Source: Podarcis muralis
Taxonomy: Eukaryota
DNA length: 64,000 nucleotides
Reading direction: 5' to 3'
NCBI RefSeq assembly: GCF_964188315.1
Contig: NC_135659.1
Span: 71,548,001-71,612,000 of the forward strand
Part shown: positions 49,702 to 61,500 of the stretch, piece by piece
How positions within the stretch are numbered: position 1 is the stretch's first letter
How the letters are laid out: each line of letters starts with the position of its first letter
Position numbers and translations under genes: made by a program
The notes under the pieces: model-generated
Told to the model about the DNA's origin: nothing
Seen by the model: only the letters and a program-made list of their open reading frames with translations
Databases searched by the model: none

Positions 49702-49878
49702 GTAAGCTGGGCAGGAACGGCTTTGTCCTAACCTGTAAAATTCAGGCAGAGATGGCATGTGTTGGGTGTGAACTAAAACCTTGCTCCAGAAAGGTGAATG
49801 GAAGCTGTAGAATTATGCTGGGGACAAATTATAAGGGAATGATCACATTTGATATTTGTGAGCATTCCAGATGCCTAT

Positions 49879-50135
49879 GGTTGGCTGTGTGGTGTAGTGA
49901 TTAAGAGCGGTAGTCTCGTAATCTGGTGAACCGGGTTCGTGTCTCCGCTCCTCCACATGCAGCTGCTGGGTGACCTTGGGCTAGTCACACTTCTCTGAAG
50001 TCTCTCAGCCCCACTCACCTCACAGAGTGTTTGTTGTGGGGAAGGAAGGGAAAGGAGAATGTTAGCCGCTTTGAGACTCCTTTGGGTAGTGATAAAGCAG
50101 GATATCAAATCCAAACTCTTCATCTTCTTCTTCTT
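49879..50135 (+). mobile_element. Squam3-like tRNA-derived SINE, young full-length copy
   Basis: Box A TGGTGTAGTGA (49890), box B GGTTCGTGTCT (49934), core GCTGGGTGACCTTGGGCTAGTCAC, L2-type tail GTTAGCCGCTTTGAGACTCC and a (TCT)n end. Confidence 0.85.
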
Positions 50136-50463
50136 TGGACACAGGGTTAGCTATACCTCCTCCTGGTTCAGCAAGGCATTCACTAAATAGGTTCACTAAA
50201 TATTATTCCTAATATCCTCACTTATTGTGAGGATATTAGGAATGTGTTTCCTGAGAGGGGCTGTGTGACAGACAGAAATTCAACAGGGTCAGCTATTTCC
50301 ATCTCTGCACCTTTGTGCTGAGGAATGCTGCATCTGTTGAATTTACCTGCATGCATTAAAATATCCTAGCCTTGGTCATGATAGCTATTTTCGATCTCTT
50401 AATAGGACTTCAGATTTCAGCTAACTTTGAAGTTCATTTCTATGAAAACTGTAACACCTAGAG

Positions 50464-50693
50464 CAGGGGTCAGCAAACTTTTTCAGCAGGGGGCCAGTCC
50501 ACTGTCCCTCAGACCTTGTGGGGGGCCAGACTATATTTTGAAAAATAAATAAAAATGAACGAATTCCTATGCCCCATAAATAACCCAGAGATGCATTTTA
50601 AATAAAAGGACACATTCTACTCATGTCCGCGGGCTGGATTTAGAAGGTGATTGGGCTGGATCCGGTCCCTGGGCCTTAGTTTGTCTACCCATG
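50464..50693 (+). mobile_element. hAT MITE family A, 230 bp
   Basis: Same TIRs as the 16913 copy; perfect 8-bp TSD ACCTAGAG at 50456-50463 and 50694-50701. Confidence 0.92.
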
Positions 50694-50918
50694 ACCTAGA
50701 GCAATGAGCATTTTGACTGAGCTCTTGACATCACACTGAATTCTGAAATTTAGGGGAAATCCCCACAGAACCCTTTTTTGCTGCTTAAGTGCAAAGTGAA
50801 GCCTTACATTCCTCTGGGAGGCTGACCCCTCTGCCCTCTTTAGCTAAGCTTCTCCAGGCCTGCCATGATGTTGCAAGGCACTACTGATGATAAAAGGCCT
50901 CTCTAATGTTCCTTTCAG

Positions 50919-50989
50919 ACTCTCAATGAGAAAATCACCGACAAAGAAACTGTTTCCGAAACAGACACGAAAGGAAGCAACTTAAAAAG
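50919..50989 (+). CDS. MTCL2: MTCL2 small coding exon (TLNEKITDKETVSETDTKGSNLK-R)
   Basis: Not in the ORF track. Acceptor cctttcAG|ACT, donor AAG|gtgaga; 71 nt, phase 0/2; the split codon AG+G (Arg) is completed by the next exon. Confidence 0.92.
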
Positions 50990-52352
50990 GTGAGATGTGT
51001 GCAGCTTCTAAGTTTTGCTTCTTCCTTCAACTCTTCACCATCTGGAAAACAGTCAGCCGGCTCTTCTAGCCATACTCAAGCTTAACAATTGGTGAGAAAA
51101 ACACATTGAGGCCATGGGGTGCGGTAACACATGTTTTCCTTTTCTGTGCAAAATTGGTAGCTGGCAATACCTGATGCCACATTGGGGCCGAAAATATAGA
51201 CTGCTTGGTTGTTTGCATGTGAGCCTATCTGTATAATTTACCAGCCTCCATACCTCTGCCTTCAGCAAGTGTAAATACACAAAATGCGTATTACCATGGA
51301 ACTATTTGACCCTCATTGCATCTCTCAGGGACAGAACTAAATGGTGTGCATGCTCATATTTCTTATCATGCTTTTATTCTACTCCCTTGTTGAAAACACA
51401 AAACATGTTACCTTGATAATGGTATTGCCTTTTAATCACTGTATGCTATTATTTCCCCCCACCTGTCTTCCTTGTGTTCCCTGTAGGTGATTATTTAGGA
51501 CAGGGGTAGGGATTCTGTGGCCACCCAGATGTTGTCAGCCTCCTAATGCCCATCAGCCCCAGTCAGCAAGGTTACTGGTCAGGGACAGTGTTAGAAACTG
51601 AGATATGAAAGCTAGGAGCTAAATGGCACCTTAAACCTAGGTTATAGGCACCACAGTGGAGTGTCTAGGTGTGCTTTTTTATAACAAGAATACAAAGCTG
51701 AAAATGAATGAACTGCAACTAAAACCTTATGTTCATTTTTCACATGGTCTAGGCCTCATTTGAAGACTGCAAAAAGCAACAACACCAAAGCCATACTTCC
51801 CCTGCCCACCTCCCTGATATTCTTATGAGAGTCCCTTCTCTAGTCTTCAGAGAGTGGCTGGAAGTGGGGAGGCAGAAAAAGGTCCTCCTTTCCTACCACT
51901 CTGCAGTTTTAAACTGAAATCTCAAGTGCAGTATTGCACCCAGAGCTCAGAAACTGTTCACACGACATGAAATTCCCTGTTACAAAATGTGCCCAGAACA
52001 ATGGGTGTTTTGAACGCTGGTCAGGGATGAAGGGCACTGTAGCCCAGGGATATTTGGAGAGCCACAGGTTCCACATTCCTGATTTAGGGGGAAAAAAATC
52101 TGTAAAATGCAGGAAAAATTCCTAGTGCGCCTGATCAAAAGAGTACCCCATAAATTATTTTAGGAGATTCTTAGTGCAAAATGAGTTGTTTCCCTTTTCA
52201 CACTGTATTGGACAATACAGGAGTGAGAAGTGGGACTTTCTGTTGAGCTTCACATCAATTCTACTGCAAGAGAAGTGCTTTCTCTGTGTGGAGTCACGAC
52301 TTTCAGAGGCAATAAGAGCCTAGGACTAAAGCTCTGTGCAAAGAATTACACC

Positions 52353-52394
<42 letters not shown>
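52353..52394. repeat. Compound (GT)n(GA)n microsatellite
   Basis: About 10 GT units followed by about 11 GA units. Confidence 0.96.
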
Positions 52395-52396
<2 letters not shown>

Positions 52397-52897
52397 GAGA
52401 CTGGATTAGGTGGCATTAATGTGAATACAATGAACTCACCACAGTTACTCTCACTTCTGTTTTAGCAATGCACAGCCTTTTCCGCACATGCCTCAATTAT
52501 GGATCTGGGGGTCATTTCCCAACATTATTTACCCTACTCATAACTTAGGGGATAATGGAGATAGTGGGGAATGGCAGAAGACATTAGCCTTTGTAATGTC
52601 AGAATGTCCAAATGGAAGTTTGGAATACAAAATTTGAAAGGCAGGTCTGCAGGCATCCATCTGTCTTCTGTCCATTCTGACATTATTGAAGGCATGCCTT
52701 CCATCCTATTTTTCTTGCTTTCTTGGTCATCTTAAGAGATGACTTGGAAAATAATAGGAGAATTGGCCATCATCTGTTTAGGAACAATGAAGCAGGAAAG
52801 TAGATAAAAACTTCTACTTAGGAAGGACAGAGCCTGGAGGTGGAAATAAGACACCTTCCCTAATAAATGTGCTTGCTCCCTTCTCTTTTCTATCCAG

Positions 52898-54359
52898 GAC
52901 CAAGTCAGTCTCCTCTATGTCTGAATTTGAAAGTTTGCTTGATTGTTCTCCTTATCTTCCTGGCAAAACCAGTCCCGTCATCGCAGACAACGTCCGCAGC
53001 AAAAAGGGCTCTCCAGCTACACAGGTGTTGCCTGACACTTTGAAGGACCCTGCAGGGTTTGCCCCCAATAACTGTGCCTATCTGAATAGTGAGCAGCCCA
53101 CGCCAGAGAGCCTGACCACAGAGAAGCTGGATGTCTCGTCATGCAACTTCACCCAGACGAGCAGCTTCTCTGTGCAGGATCAGGCCCAGAAACATGTGCA
53201 GAGAAGCTACACTGCTCCCGACAAGACTGGGATCCGCATATATTATAGCCCACCGGTGGTACGTAGGTTGGAATCGCCCCTAGTACACAAGAGAGATGGG
53301 AAGATAATGGTTGAGCCTGGCTTCCTGTTCACCATGGCCAAGCCCAAGGAAGAATCAGACAGCTCCGAAAACATGTACAGCCGGTGGCTGTGCAACTTCT
53401 CCAAGCAGCACCGAGAGCTGCTTGACAGCAGTACTGTTAGCGAGAAAGCTGTGGCCCCTGTGCCAAGATTTCCACCTTCCCTGCATGACCTTGAGATCTC
53501 CGGCAACATGAGCGATGACATGAAGGAGATCACCAACTGTGTCCGGCAAGCTATCCGCTCCAGCTCCCTGGAGAGAAAGGTTAAGAGCACTTCCAGCCAG
53601 ACAGTGGGATTGGCCAGTGTTGGTACCCAGACTACCCAGTCTGTCAGCATCGGTCTGCAGACAGACATGCCCAGGGGCAGCATACACAGCAGCAAGAGCT
53701 GGTCCCCACGAAGCTCCTCCCTTATATCCGTTCGCAGCAAGCAGATCTCGACCTCTCTGGACAAAGTCCACTCCAGGATTGAACGGCCCTGTTGCTCCCC
53801 CAAGTACGGCTCTCCGAAACTCCAAAGAAGATCATCTTCTAAGCTGGACAACTCCAAGGACCGAAGTCTGTGGAACCTCCATCAGACTAAACAGAATGGC
53901 TCAGCCTGGGCTCGTTCCACCACCACTAGAGACAGCCCAGTTCTCAGCAACATTAATGATGGCCTGTCCAGCTTGTTCAATGTTGTGGAGCATTCTGGGA
54001 GCACAGAGTCCATCTGGAAGCCAGGATGCCAGGAAAGCAAAGCCAAGCCAGAAACTCCTAAGTACGGGATAGTGCAGGAGTTTTTCCGGAATGTGTGTGG
54101 CAGAACTCAGAGCCCCACTTTGGCTCCAGAGAAAAAAGACCTGGTAGGAGGAGACAACAGCAGCAGCAGCAGCAGCAAGAAGCCAGAGCATTCCTCCTCA
54201 GTTGTGCCCCAGCAGTCGGAAAACGCCCCCAAGGTCCTTGACAAAAAGCCCTTGAAGCAGAGCTGCAGCGAGGAACCAAAGTTGTCCATCCCAGGCCAAG
54301 GTGGCAAGGACAGAGCCTTAAAGGAGCCAGACATCATCTCTGCTATTATTGCCAATGAG
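52898..54359 (+). CDS. MTCL2: MTCL2 large C-terminal exon (TKSVSSMSEFESLLDCSPYL...IIANE), low-complexity Ser-rich/basic region
   Basis: Acceptor tatccAG|G, donor GAG|gtagtg; 1462 nt, phase 2/0; within ORF 52869..54536. Contains RSYTAPDKTGIRIYYSPP, GNMSDDMKEITNCVRQA and ERPCCSPKYGSPKLQRR, typical of MTCL1/2 C-termini. Confidence 0.97.
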
Positions 54360-55139
54360 GTAGTGCTTGCTTGCTTTAAGACAGGGGTGGGAGACTTCAG
54401 GCCTGGGGACCAAATCTCTCTACCTGGCTCTCAGAACCAGAATATACCCCTTGCTGAACCTTCTTCACACCCCAAGTGCTTGTGCATGGTTAAAATGTAT
54501 CTGAACTCTGATAACCCCTTTTGGCTGCCTGGATAGAGGCTGGTGTGCATGTGTATAGAAACTAGCCTGCTGTACAAAAGTATAATTTACATCAGTTGTT
54601 CCAACCAAAAGGTTCTCCACCGCTAACCTGCCCCTGCCTTCAGCCCTTCTGTGAGCTGAAATGTAGCATAGCATTATCTCCTGTCCAATGCATACTTCAA
54701 GGGCCAGAAGCAAGGATGTCAACAACCACCATCGTATATTGCTTTGGCCACCACTAAGCACTTAAAGAGACAAGGGGTCAGGTTTGGCAAGTGGAACTTC
54801 CCTGCTCTCTCCTCTTCCAGTGTGTGCCATGTTCCAGAGGGTTGGGCTGTGTCAGCCCAGCTTACACAAGGCACAGGTAATCAGAAATGTCTTGCTCCAG
54901 AAAAATCCCAGTGGCACCAGGCAAACCTCCCTGTTCCATAACTAGGGTGCCACTACCAAAAAGACCCTCTCCCTGGTAATTACCGGCCTCACTTCATTCT
55001 GAGGGGGAACTCTAAGCAGGTACGTGCGGGAGAAGGCAATAACCTGGTCCTAAACTATTTAGTTAAAAACAGCACTTCACCTGTTGCTAGGCTTTTAATG
55101 ATGCATTTCAGCTATTCATTGTGCTTCAAATACATTATC

Positions 55140-55300
55140 TTCATATCATCCCTGTGAAGTCCTACTGCATTATCATCTCCATATTGCAGATTTGTTGCAG
55201 CGGGTGGGTCAGAGCATAATGGTATACCTTAACAAGGCCATGTAGGGAGTTTCTTGCTGGAGCAAGATCTGAACAAGGTTCATGTCCTTTAACCGCCACG
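55140..55300 (-). mobile_element. MIR-like SINE remnant in the last intron
   Basis: ATCCCTGTGAAG...ATTATCATCTCCATATTGCAGAT...CAAGGCCA matches the reverse-strand MIR core. Confidence 0.45.
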
Positions 55301-55367
55301 CTGTGACAGATCTCAAGTTGCCCATTCTTTTTCACACGCTGCCCTTTCCTTCTGTCTCTCTTTGCAG

Positions 55368-55517
55368 GACGTTGCCTGTGATTGCAGCTCCCAGTCGCTG
55401 ACTTCCTGTTTTGCTCGGCCGTCGCGCTCAGCTGTCCGCCACTCCCCTTCCAGGTGCAAGCTGCACCCTTCTGACGGCAGCCGGGTAGAAGAGAAAGCAG
55501 GGCCTCTGAGTGAGTGA
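55368..55517 (+). CDS. MTCL2: MTCL2 last coding exon (DVACDCSSQSLTSCFARPSRSAVRHSPSRCKLHPSDGSRVEEKAGPLSE*)
   Basis: Not in the ORF track. Acceptor ctctttgcAG|GAC; 49 codons plus TGA at 55515-55517; matches the recalled SOGA1 end DAVCDCSTQSLTSCFARSSRSAIRHSPSKCRLHPSE. Confidence 0.95.
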   Translation, partial: DVACDCSSQSLTSCFARPSRSAVRHSPSRCKLHPSDGSRVEEKAGPLSE

Positions 55518-58500
55518 GAGGGCTGCGCTTGCTGCCGTGCTGATGGAAGAGCAACCTATGCGCTGGAACTGCCAGTCCCTCCGGCACCTCTGGGACTGGC
55601 TACTTCTGAGCCAGCTGCAGATGAGGGGCTCTGCTCTTAGATACCCAGGGTGACACCATGCATCTCCTGTCTCACCTTAGCTCAACAGGGATACCGGCAG
55701 CACAGAGGCTGTGCTACGTGGGCAGGGGACAGAGTGGGAGAGTCTTGCTAGAGGTGTGGTTTCTCGGTCACTGGAAACCTTTCTGTCCCTCCCCCCTCTC
55801 AGTGGGAACACGACCTACAAGAGCTGGACGTTGCCAGAGTCTCGTGAAGCAGTCTGTGCTGTTTCCATGGCATTGGGTGTGTGTGTGTGAAAGAGAGCGT
55901 GTGTGTGTTGCCAGTTCGAGGAGATGCATCTCTCTCCTTTGTGAAAAAGGCATCACAGTGAGGGATTAAGGAGCGCAGTATCAACAAAGCTGCTTGGCCC
56001 TCCCTGCCTTGGTGGGGGAAGGAAAACAGCAGTCCTTCAGGAAACACTAGACAGCTGGTTTCAAAGCCTTAAGAACTCCTCTCAGAACAGCTGTACTATA
56101 GGATTTCCCCAGAACGAGGCATTCAATATGGTGTACAGAGAAAGAGGGCGGGGGGAGGGTGCTAGCAAAATTGCCACCAGGAAATGCCACCATAGCATAA
56201 GTGCTCCAGGCCATTGTGTACAAGTAGATTGGAAAAGCCCTGGATTTGCTGTGCAACCATATTTGCATGGATAGTTTTCCCCAGGTGTGCCCAGCATAAC
56301 AATACCAGCACTGGGCCATGCACCCAGCCTGCACTGTGGTGCACAGTATGGTCTATTCAGAGTGCTGACACTCTTGATAAAACAAGAGTATGGTTTTGCG
56401 CTACTGGTTCTCCTGCACCTGACTTGTGGGAAACAGCCATGCAAGCATGGTCTGTGTTGCCTTCCTGTCCACGTGCATAAAACTTCCCATGATTACTGAA
56501 ATGCATCAGTAGACCTGGACTTTTTCTTCTTCAGGCCTCTGATGCCATCTCCATGGCTCAGAACAATTGTTGCTTTGTATCAGCCTCTGTGCTTGGCTGC
56601 TGTGGTGCAGTTGAGCACCAGGAGTTCACAGAAAGAGTATGCTGAGTCCTCCATGTCTACAATTCCAGTCTGTTTCCATTTCTCCGCACCCCACACAGCG
56701 GGTATCTGTAGCTATTCCTAAGGAGAGTTGCTTCTGTCATTTGTTGTTGCTTGTTTTTCAACTGGAAATCTCAAAGCCCTTTGTGATTAACTTGCCTCTG
56801 TAAGAATAGTTTAACAGAGAGGAAATTGCTTGAGTGCAGAGGTGAACAAGCACAGAGCCCATAGAATGAAAATACAGATGAGACAGTGAATGGGTAGAAG
56901 AGGTAGCATCTTTTCAGTGCTGCAGAATATTCCAAGTTCCACGGGAGGCAGGGGGTTGTGTGCCTGCTGCATATCTCAGGGCAGAGCTTCTCCTATGTCA
57001 CACTCTCCAATGGTTGCTGCCAGTGCTCTACTAAATATTTTGATGGTTGCTAGTTCCTGTGAGTCAACCCTCTTCTAGAGAAAAGGTATTAATGGGGATC
57101 CTCCAGCATCCAGTGTAGTGCATTATCTGCTCATACAAACAACTTTCAGGGCTCCAGCAAAGGATCTCTCTTTTCATTGACTCTTCCGCTTTGCTGAGGG
57201 ATTTGGGGAGCAGGAAAGTTTTGCTTCTCCCCACCTCCAGATTCAGTAGCACAGATTTGTGTGTATTGCAGCTCTTTGTAGCTCACACTTCTGCAGGGAT
57301 GTCATCTGAAAGGTAGGACAATATGCGAGAGCAAGCCCTGGCTTCCTTGGAAGTACCCTTCCAGAGAGAGCTGGCTCTTCAGGAACTGTACCACTTGAGA
57401 CTGCAGCTGGGGGATCAGAAGTTAGAGTGTAAAAGAGAAAAAGCAACTCAAATCTCCCTGCCAGTAGAAAACTTGAATGTCAGGCAGAATAATCAGCTAG
57501 AACACACTCTACCTCTGACATGTCTGCTTTCCATAGGCAGGACACATGATGTGAGCAATTGTTTAAACTAGCCACGTCACCCACTCGTGAAGTGGTATAA
57601 TCACATGGAAGGGCTGTGTACTATGTGGCTTTTAGTTTTTGTTTTAAAATATACATCAGCCTTCAGAGAGGATTCGGGAGGAATATTCTTTAGAGGTGCA
57701 GTAGAACCTGACTGATCCATATCAGAAGCTCAGTGGGTCAGTTTTTTGTTGTTATTATTATAAAACAGCAGGTCATCCTTATAGTCTGCAGAGAAGATTA
57801 TCACAGCCGCCTCTATCAGTGAGATTAAAAAAGAGGCTTGGAAAGCTGAAATGAACATGAAGTTTCTTAAACCCACAAATCTTTGCAAGCAGGCAACTTT
57901 TTTTAAAAATAAAAACAAATCTTCTGAAACCTGCATGCATTTTGGCTGACTTTCAATTGATACCTTGCAAGTCATAATTTTTAATTTGTATTTTTAATTT
58001 GAGTTTTAGTTTTTTCATATGTGTGATAAAATTCAGGAGTTCAATTCATTATGTAGCTAATTAGTAATGCAGCAATGTAAATGTCTGTGACATATTATTT
58101 AAAATAACTTGCAAAACAGGGAAAATATTGTTTGTTTGTTTTTTTGTAAACTTTTGACATGTTTACAACTGAAGAGACCATAGACATGGCTTGGTGTACT
58201 TTGTGCTAATTTCCCCCCCTCCTAAATTCTGCACCAAGCTAAGCTGAATTTTGCAGTGAATAAATTCTGCTGACTATTATTTGCTTATTTTTGCCTACTA
58301 TTATTCTGCTTCTCCAAGGCATGGAGAGGGGCAAAGGTCTGGGCAGAACAGGGTGACTTCACCCTGGCACCTGGAGATCCAGCTCAGCCCCTTATCCTCT
58401 GCTCCTCAGAATTGACTAAGACCACTCATCCCATTTCTCATATACTTTCATGCACATCCTTTCTTTAAGGACTAGAGTGGCCCTCATATGAGCTAGAACT

Positions 58501-61500
58501 GAGAGGTTTTGCTGTTGCAATCTCTCCCCATCCCCAACAAGGAATATTTCTGATTGATTGGTCTCAAATATTTGCAGCTCACTTATCACTAACACATCAT
58601 AGTCAATCTGCCTTGGTCCTTCCACTGAATCTTCTTCAATTGTAAGCTCTGTTTCTTTACAAAAACATTAGCTGAAAGAGACCAAGAAGCCATTCATAAA
58701 ATGGTATTTGAGGAATGAATGATTCCTCTGGGAATCATGTCTTGAGTGCCTCTTACTCTACAGAAAACTACTGCTTGCTTTCTCGTCAAGTGATGGGCAC
58801 CTGATCCTCCTGCAGCCTTCCTTGTCCTGAAGTGCATGTCTATTATGTTTGTTATTAAAGGTCCATGGGTCGGATTCAGCTAGCCCATTCCGTCACCGGA
58901 AGCCAGTGCAAGGACTCCCACTAGCACATTGGGGCTTCTCCCTGCTCTTCTCCCCCCCCCCCCAATGCCTTCCTCCAGATCTGCTCTGCAAGGTCAGTGC
59001 AGTGTACAGTGGGAGGAAAGCTTTAGTATTCCCTGCAGCCAATTGATCAGTTTAGTATACTTTTCTCCTGTGCTTTGGGCACCTTCAGAATGTATTAGCT
59101 GGTGATGTTAAACTAAATCCTGGCAAAGGCTCATTGAAAGCATCTCTCTGCTTCCTGTTTTGATGCAGCAACAGGCTATGTTGAGCACTGGCCAAGGGAC
59201 AGAGAAACCAATGTAACTTTAAATCCTTGATCTCCGAAGGAGTTTCTTTAAATACTGCTATTCTCTAAATTTGGGAGCAGGGAGCTAGGTGAGGCAGGCA
59301 GAAGATGAGCTAAAATAAAAATACCTATTGGATTATGAGATTGCAGGTGCAAAGCCGGGGGCACTGTCCTTGTATGACAGTCTGTGGATCTGCTGATTGT
59401 GTTTCACGGGGATACTTAGCTCATTCTCGGGGGAGAAAATCAGCCCTGACATCTAATATGGAGCTGGTGAAAAATTATTTCAGGGGCCTGGAGGAGGCTG
59501 GAAGCAACTCTGCAGAATGCGACCAGACATTCCCAGCCTAAGAACCTGTATGCTGGTAATTGCCTGGATATACTTGCTTGGCTTAACAGACAGGCTGCTA
59601 ACACTGCCTTGGCAGAGCAAAGGGAAAAAAGGGCCAGCACCACATTGCCAGGTATAGGATTCTCTTGAAGCCAGTTCCTGCATTACTTGAATGGCATTCA
59701 CTTGCAGAAGTGCAAGGGCCTTCCACATTCCCTTTGAGACGAAATTGCAGGGAATCTGAATCCCAAGGCATTATTGCTTCATTTAAAGTGACATAAAGCA
59801 CATTTAAAGTGACATAAGGACTGACTCTTGGTAAGCACTGCAAGTCAAAATCAAAATAGCGTGCAGCTAATGAAAGACAATGGGGCAAAATACACAAGGA
59901 ATGGAGTCTGGCAGGAGCTGCAACAAGCACATTATAGCCCCCCACCCCCGATAATGTGGGACTCACATAATTCACTCTCAGGGCTGTGGGCTCAGAAGGT
60001 TATTTATTCAGCACAGCCGATTTAGCATTGATTCCTGTGAACTGCTGCAGCCTTTTCCTAGGTAGCTGAGCTGCTTCCTTTTGGCAGGCCAGCAAGATCC
60101 ATGCAAATATCACATCTGTGGCCTTGTTCTCTGTCTCCATCCAACTGTGTGAGTGTTTCAGTTACCACTAGCAAACGCAGAGCTTGTAGCAACTAGGCTG
60201 CGCCGTCGCCACCAAGCGCCTTACTGTGCCAGGGGAATGGAGATGGACTGCCTTGCTCTTGCTATCTTCCACATGCAGAGCTGGGCAGAAGCTGGGTCTA
60301 TTCTCATCAATAGAGCAGAAATGCAAAGCAGACACTGGCAGCTGTCCGGCTCAGGGCTGGGCAGGATTTTCTGGGGCAGCCCCTTTCTATTCCTTGCATG
60401 AGTTTGTAAAACGGGGTGGGCAGGGAGTGGGGGTTAAAACATGCTTGCTAACTCCCGGTGTAAATACTTCCTTTTGAGATGGTTTTTTTAGCATTTTCAT
60501 TGGGAACTCCTTTTTTAAAAAGAATCTTCTACTTTTTGGATTGTGATTCCCACCCCCCATTTTGACAAAAATGCCTTTTAATTATTTGTATATTCTTAAA
60601 AGTTTGTCCTACTCTGTAAATAACTGTGCTGGATATTTCTTGAGTATTGGAGTTTATGGATCCTGAGACACTTTGCCATTAGCAAGTAGCAGCTCTTGCC
60701 CGCAGGCAAGATAAAACTTGCAGCATCCCTTTTGCCAATAATGCTCCAATCTGCAACATGTCTCCATGCCCACAGCAGTTGGGCTTTACCTTGGCAAGGT
60801 TGGTGTGGAAGGCTTGTGACTGAGCACATCCTGAGATGTGGACAGAGGGTGCAATCTGATCCACAGCTTTGAAGGAATCTCAGCAGAAACTGGGCCACCC
60901 TGATCAGCATCCCTAGGGGACTGGCTGTTGTCAAAATTGCTCTATCCAATTTTTACAGGAGCTAATTCAACTACTAAGTTTCCTATGCTCACAACTGGTT
61001 AAGTTGGTCCTGTCCTATTTTCTAGTTCCCCCCTGTCTCCAAGAAAATCTGTGCATAGCTGAGGATCTTGGTCTTCCCCCATTCCCATGCATCCCATGTG
61101 TGCTCTCAGCCCATGCAAAACTCTGCAGCACTTAATGTACAGCTGGATTATTAGTTATTGCCAGTTCAGCTCATGCCGAAATCTCTGTCCATCACCCCTT
61201 GTTCTCATGCTTCCTGCAGGGATCCTAGCTCTGTGTGCACGCAATTACTTTGGACTGAGTTGTGTGCAACACAGCACTTGTGTATGGTCTGAAGGCAGTT
61301 GAGGCCACAATCTTGCTGAAACTAAGCAGGTATGGATGTGGTCAGCGCATGGATGGGTGACCCTCTCCAAACCCCCATGTATGTATGCCACCTTGGGAGG
61401 GGTGTCTCATGATGGGTGAAAGGTGGCATATAAATGTAAGAAAAAAATAATTCTTATAGAAAGGATCCTCGGGAGGCAGCAATTCTGAGTGTCAAATAAA

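Noticed and set aside
53243-54355. Several 150-200 aa ORFs on both strands within the large C-terminal exon
   Set aside because: Alternative or antisense frames of GC-rich coding sequence with no supporting signals.
54360-54536. In-frame read-through of ORF 52869..54536 past the donor (58 extra residues)
   Set aside because: A GT donor at 54360 and a well-matching last exon at 55368 explain the structure. The read-through resembles nothing I recognise; the same applies to ORF tails past the other donors.
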